From: a virus | Taxonomy: Duplodnaviria > Caudoviricetes | Length of the DNA stretch: 55,857 nt | Strand: one strand, 5' to 3' | Virus record (IMG/VR): IMGVR_UViG_3300049491_001100 | Location: 1-55,857 of that record | Shown here: in pieces, positions 54,501 through 55,857 of the stretch | Layout of the letters: every line of letters begins with the position of its first letter | How positions within the stretch are numbered: the first letter of the stretch is position 1 | The notes under the pieces: model-generated | Databases searched by the model: none | The model's input: the letters and a program-made list of their open reading frames with translations, nothing else | Told to the model about the DNA's origin: nothing | Position numbers and translations under genes: made by a program

Positions 54501-55303
54501 TCCATGTTGAAGAGACGGAGGCTGCTAACCTGGGCTTCGATCGTGGACGAGATCTGGGACAGGACCAGGGCCGGAGCCGCAGAGGGCGTCAGTGTGATCG
54601 TGGAGCCATTCAGTGACGTCGGGGCTCCTGCACGACCGAGCGTGGTCGCGGAAGCGTTGTTGGCGCCAATGGCGATGGCGCCATTAGTGCCAGCGCCAGT
54701 GGCAATGCCAGCGTCAATGGCAATGGCGCCGCCATTGTTACCGCCTGAACCACCATTGGCCCCGGCGTCGCCAGCACGCAGTTCAACCAATCCGCCAGCG
54801 CCGGCAATGAACGAGCCCGAGCCGGCGCCGCCGGTGGCACCCTGAACAACAATACGACCGCCGGTGCCGCCAGGCCCAGTCGATGCTGCACCGCCAATGC
54901 CAGACACGAGAGAAAGTTCACGGCCTGGTTGATTGCTGGCCGAGGACAGGACAATGATGGCGTGATTGGAGACACCGCTGAGGTAGATGGCGTCATAGTC
55001 GATGGAGATGGTGTGGCCGGCAGTGCCAAGGATAGCATTGCCGCCATCGACGTTGAGACGCATGGTACCATAGCCGCTGGTGCCCGATCCAGTCTGGAGC
55101 TTGATCTGACCGCCGAAGCCGGCTGTGGCAACACCGCCAAAGATGCGGACACCGATACCATCGGTGGTTGAGGAGGGCTGAACATGGACTTCACCAGTGC
55201 CACTGAGGAAGCCGATGTCGACAAGGCGCGTGACATCGAGATCGCTCTGGATAGCGATCGACGTCGATGTCGTAGACCCCTTGGGGAGAAGATACTTGCT
55301 CAT
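51542..55303 (-). CDS. long Gly-rich repetitive tail fibre/spike
   Basis: 1253 aa; many GG-x-I-x-I-x-x-G-x-GG repeats. Confidence 0.75.
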   Translation of the reverse strand: MSKYLLPKGSTTSTSIAIQSDLDVTRLVDIGFLSGTGEVHVQPSSTTDGIGVRIFGGVATAGFGGQIKLQTGSGTSGYGTMRLNVDGGNAILGTAGHTISIDYDAIYLSGVSNHAIIVLSSASNQPGRELSLVSGIGGAASTGPGGTGGRIVVQGATGGAGSGSFIAGAGGLVELRAGDAGANGGSGGNNGGAIAIDAGIATGAGTNGAIAIGANNASATTLGRAGAPTSLNGSTITLTPSAAPALVLSQISSTIEAQVSSLRLFNMDGAGNITVGNATGNLNLRAENLISTVDTLAQLSVAGILAISTNGGQSVFGDTGNSQTFIRSGSSGIAIQANSTTNYVNVSLSGTTTQFVGAAGAPGTSVSIVGGNGNGTGANAGAATVQGGQGAGGSGGTAGGNGGAITIATTSGGAGTASAVGGNSGAITISTATGGSDGGFGGGASGNIGIQPGIGRNGTATSNGQNGGTINLGGNATGGNSGGASSIAGYGGYTNIGTGTGGNGSSSQPGASGGYFTVAVGAGGGGGGAGGGTAGPGGPIDMQSGSGGTNTGFGSATGGYVRIRSHQGSNANGTSPGGASGNIYINCYQGGSGNATAAAGDGGFIVLGGGNAGAAGGGVGGSGGGTYLAAGNGTGSGINGSVYVGTDGGGAYYDVIISGVNKTFSVNTTTINIGNANATTIALGNVATTDLTITASVAGNLSFKKESAHTIAVANSTGSNVAGGALSLLAGNATSGNANGGALTLDAGAKVGTGTSGVISIGTSSASAINIGRAGITTAVSGTLLSNGPTQLYGNIELGDTSGDLIYFTGTATTALAGNQNFGSISVAQAGADTSSNQFSISSGYGGNASAANAGNGGLLNFIAGSGGNGTGAFNPGRGGHTVVKAGDAGTGGTGNANGGDLTLDAGAKSGTGTGGALALGASNAASVTIGRSAGATDIIFGTGGRLTNEASDIVRLTQGTNTTTGADLRVRKLRFYDNASPTSTVTHYLYCIDGSQLGVSATNWGFEVSNIYTTGQFTSWYTGGQDLRLYTAAPSEIRINATNDGSDSKSILFGTKVQGADSTYRSGIKQVHTHAATTGSNGIVDSSYKLESTDSTSITGTLIGLNIDVGLGTNTGKERIATRKKAHAAYAGSEVNETTAAIQTTDATQTTLWSKALADTTLYWVEVSVIGRDTAGTERAMYGKKVLVYREGGGATIQGTVQDVHADVETSAGIDVTFTVSGNNVRVSVTGLAATTFNWVATIKYQAVSGNT

Positions 55304-55857
55304 TTATGCGCTCTCGATTGTTGCGCTGACGTAGACGCGGTTCGCGGTGCCGGCAGTTGCGGAGACCGAGATTGCTGCGGCCGTGGCATTGATAAAGACC
55401 AAGGGTACGACGTAGCTGCCAACGGCCTGGGCCGCCACGCTGAGAATGGTCTCGGTCTGGGCACCGCTGCCGTCGGTGTAAGTCACAGACAAGCTGAGAT
55501 TGGTTGTGCCAGTGACGACGCGATAGTAGATGAAGACCTTGTGGTTGCCCTGGACCGAGGGCGTGAACGTGGCCACGGTGGTTGCGCCAGTCGTTGTGAG
55601 GAGGCTGTCGCTGACACTGACCTTGTCGCCGAGGACCACGCGCTGGTAGGCGCCCCCGTTCTCGCTGGCCTCAAGGTGTTGGGCCGTGCTGTTGTAGCGG
55701 AATCTGCCGGTCGAGGCCGGGGACACGGCAGCACTACTGTTGCCGATCTCGATGGCTTCGTTGAGCCTGATGGCGCCGGCCTCTACGAGGAGGGCGTAGG
55801 CGTTGGTGATGGTGACGCCAGCGTTTGCTGTGGGGGCGCCGGAGATGGCAATGGTAG
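55304..55857 (-). CDS. partial virion/fibre protein (start beyond the window)
   Basis: Frame stays open upstream of the track start (..TIAISGAPTANAGVTITNAYALLVEAG..). Confidence 0.7.
   Translation of the reverse strand, partial: TIAISGAPTANAGVTITNAYALLVEAGAIRLNEAIEIGNSSAAVSPASTGRFRYNSTAQHLEASENGGAYQRVVLGDKVSVSDSLLTTTGATTVATFTPSVQGNHKVFIYYRVVTGTTNLSLSVTYTDGSGAQTETILSVAAQAVGSYVVPLVFINATAAAISVSATAGTANRVYVSATIESA

Noticed and set aside
51542-55303. Diversity-generating retroelement acting on fibres
   Set aside because: No reverse transcriptase or adenine-variable TR/VR pair seen; repeats are protein-level Gly repeats
1-55857. Many long antisense/alternate-frame ORFs in the track (e.g. 33020-34678 -, 28991-30562 -, 52226-54616 +, 11192-12325 -)
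   Set aside because: Shadows of high-GC3 coding sequence; they overlap genes with clear motifs and have no recognisable domains
1-55857. Stop-codon reassignment
   Set aside because: Core genes are full length in the standard code, and TAG, TGA and TAA all end genes

Overview
The window is an internal 56-kb piece of a large, GC-rich tailed dsDNA bacteriophage genome (myovirus-like by its baseplate/tube genes; host not determinable). Positions 1-41977 form a mostly rightward arm for replication, recombination, nucleotide metabolism and host takeover. It carries SbcC/gp46-like ATPase, RuvC-like resolvase, class II ribonucleotide reductase, DnaE, gp32-like SSB, UvsY-like, RecA, primase, ClpP-like, aminotransferase, CYTH, Nudix, Rnl2-type RNA ligase, HAD phosphatase, dUTPase, RNase H, UvrD- and RecD-like helicases, endonuclease VII, CCA-adding enzyme, peptide deformylase, SLOG and phosphoesterases. 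Positions 41974-55857 form a leftward virion/lysis arm with an M15 endolysin, Gly-rich fibres, a tube-like protein and a Kelch baseplate protein. The most striking structure is an apparent three-tier transcription programme readable from the DNA. (i) About five host sigma70-type promoters. (ii) A motif (G)ATTCGCTAT(A), seen 19 times exactly plus variants, confined to the replication arm; it is usually fused to the upstream stop codon and often sits 8-10 nt before a start codon (leaderless geometry). (iii) A CAATCTT motif in the intergenic gaps of the virion arm. The only leftward gene in the replication arm (19855-21387) has both a sigma70 promoter and the phage motif. By eye it encodes a sigma-region-2-like segment, an HxxxCxxC motif and a winged-helix domain, while a separate 71-aa ORF resembles an isolated sigma region 4; together they suggest a possible split, self-amplifying phage sigma system. 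A 70-nt tRNA-like element with encoded CCA but a collapsed anticodon arm lies between recA and primase, in a genome with a large RNA-repair toolkit. All protein assignments come from motif recognition by eye; no searches were run.
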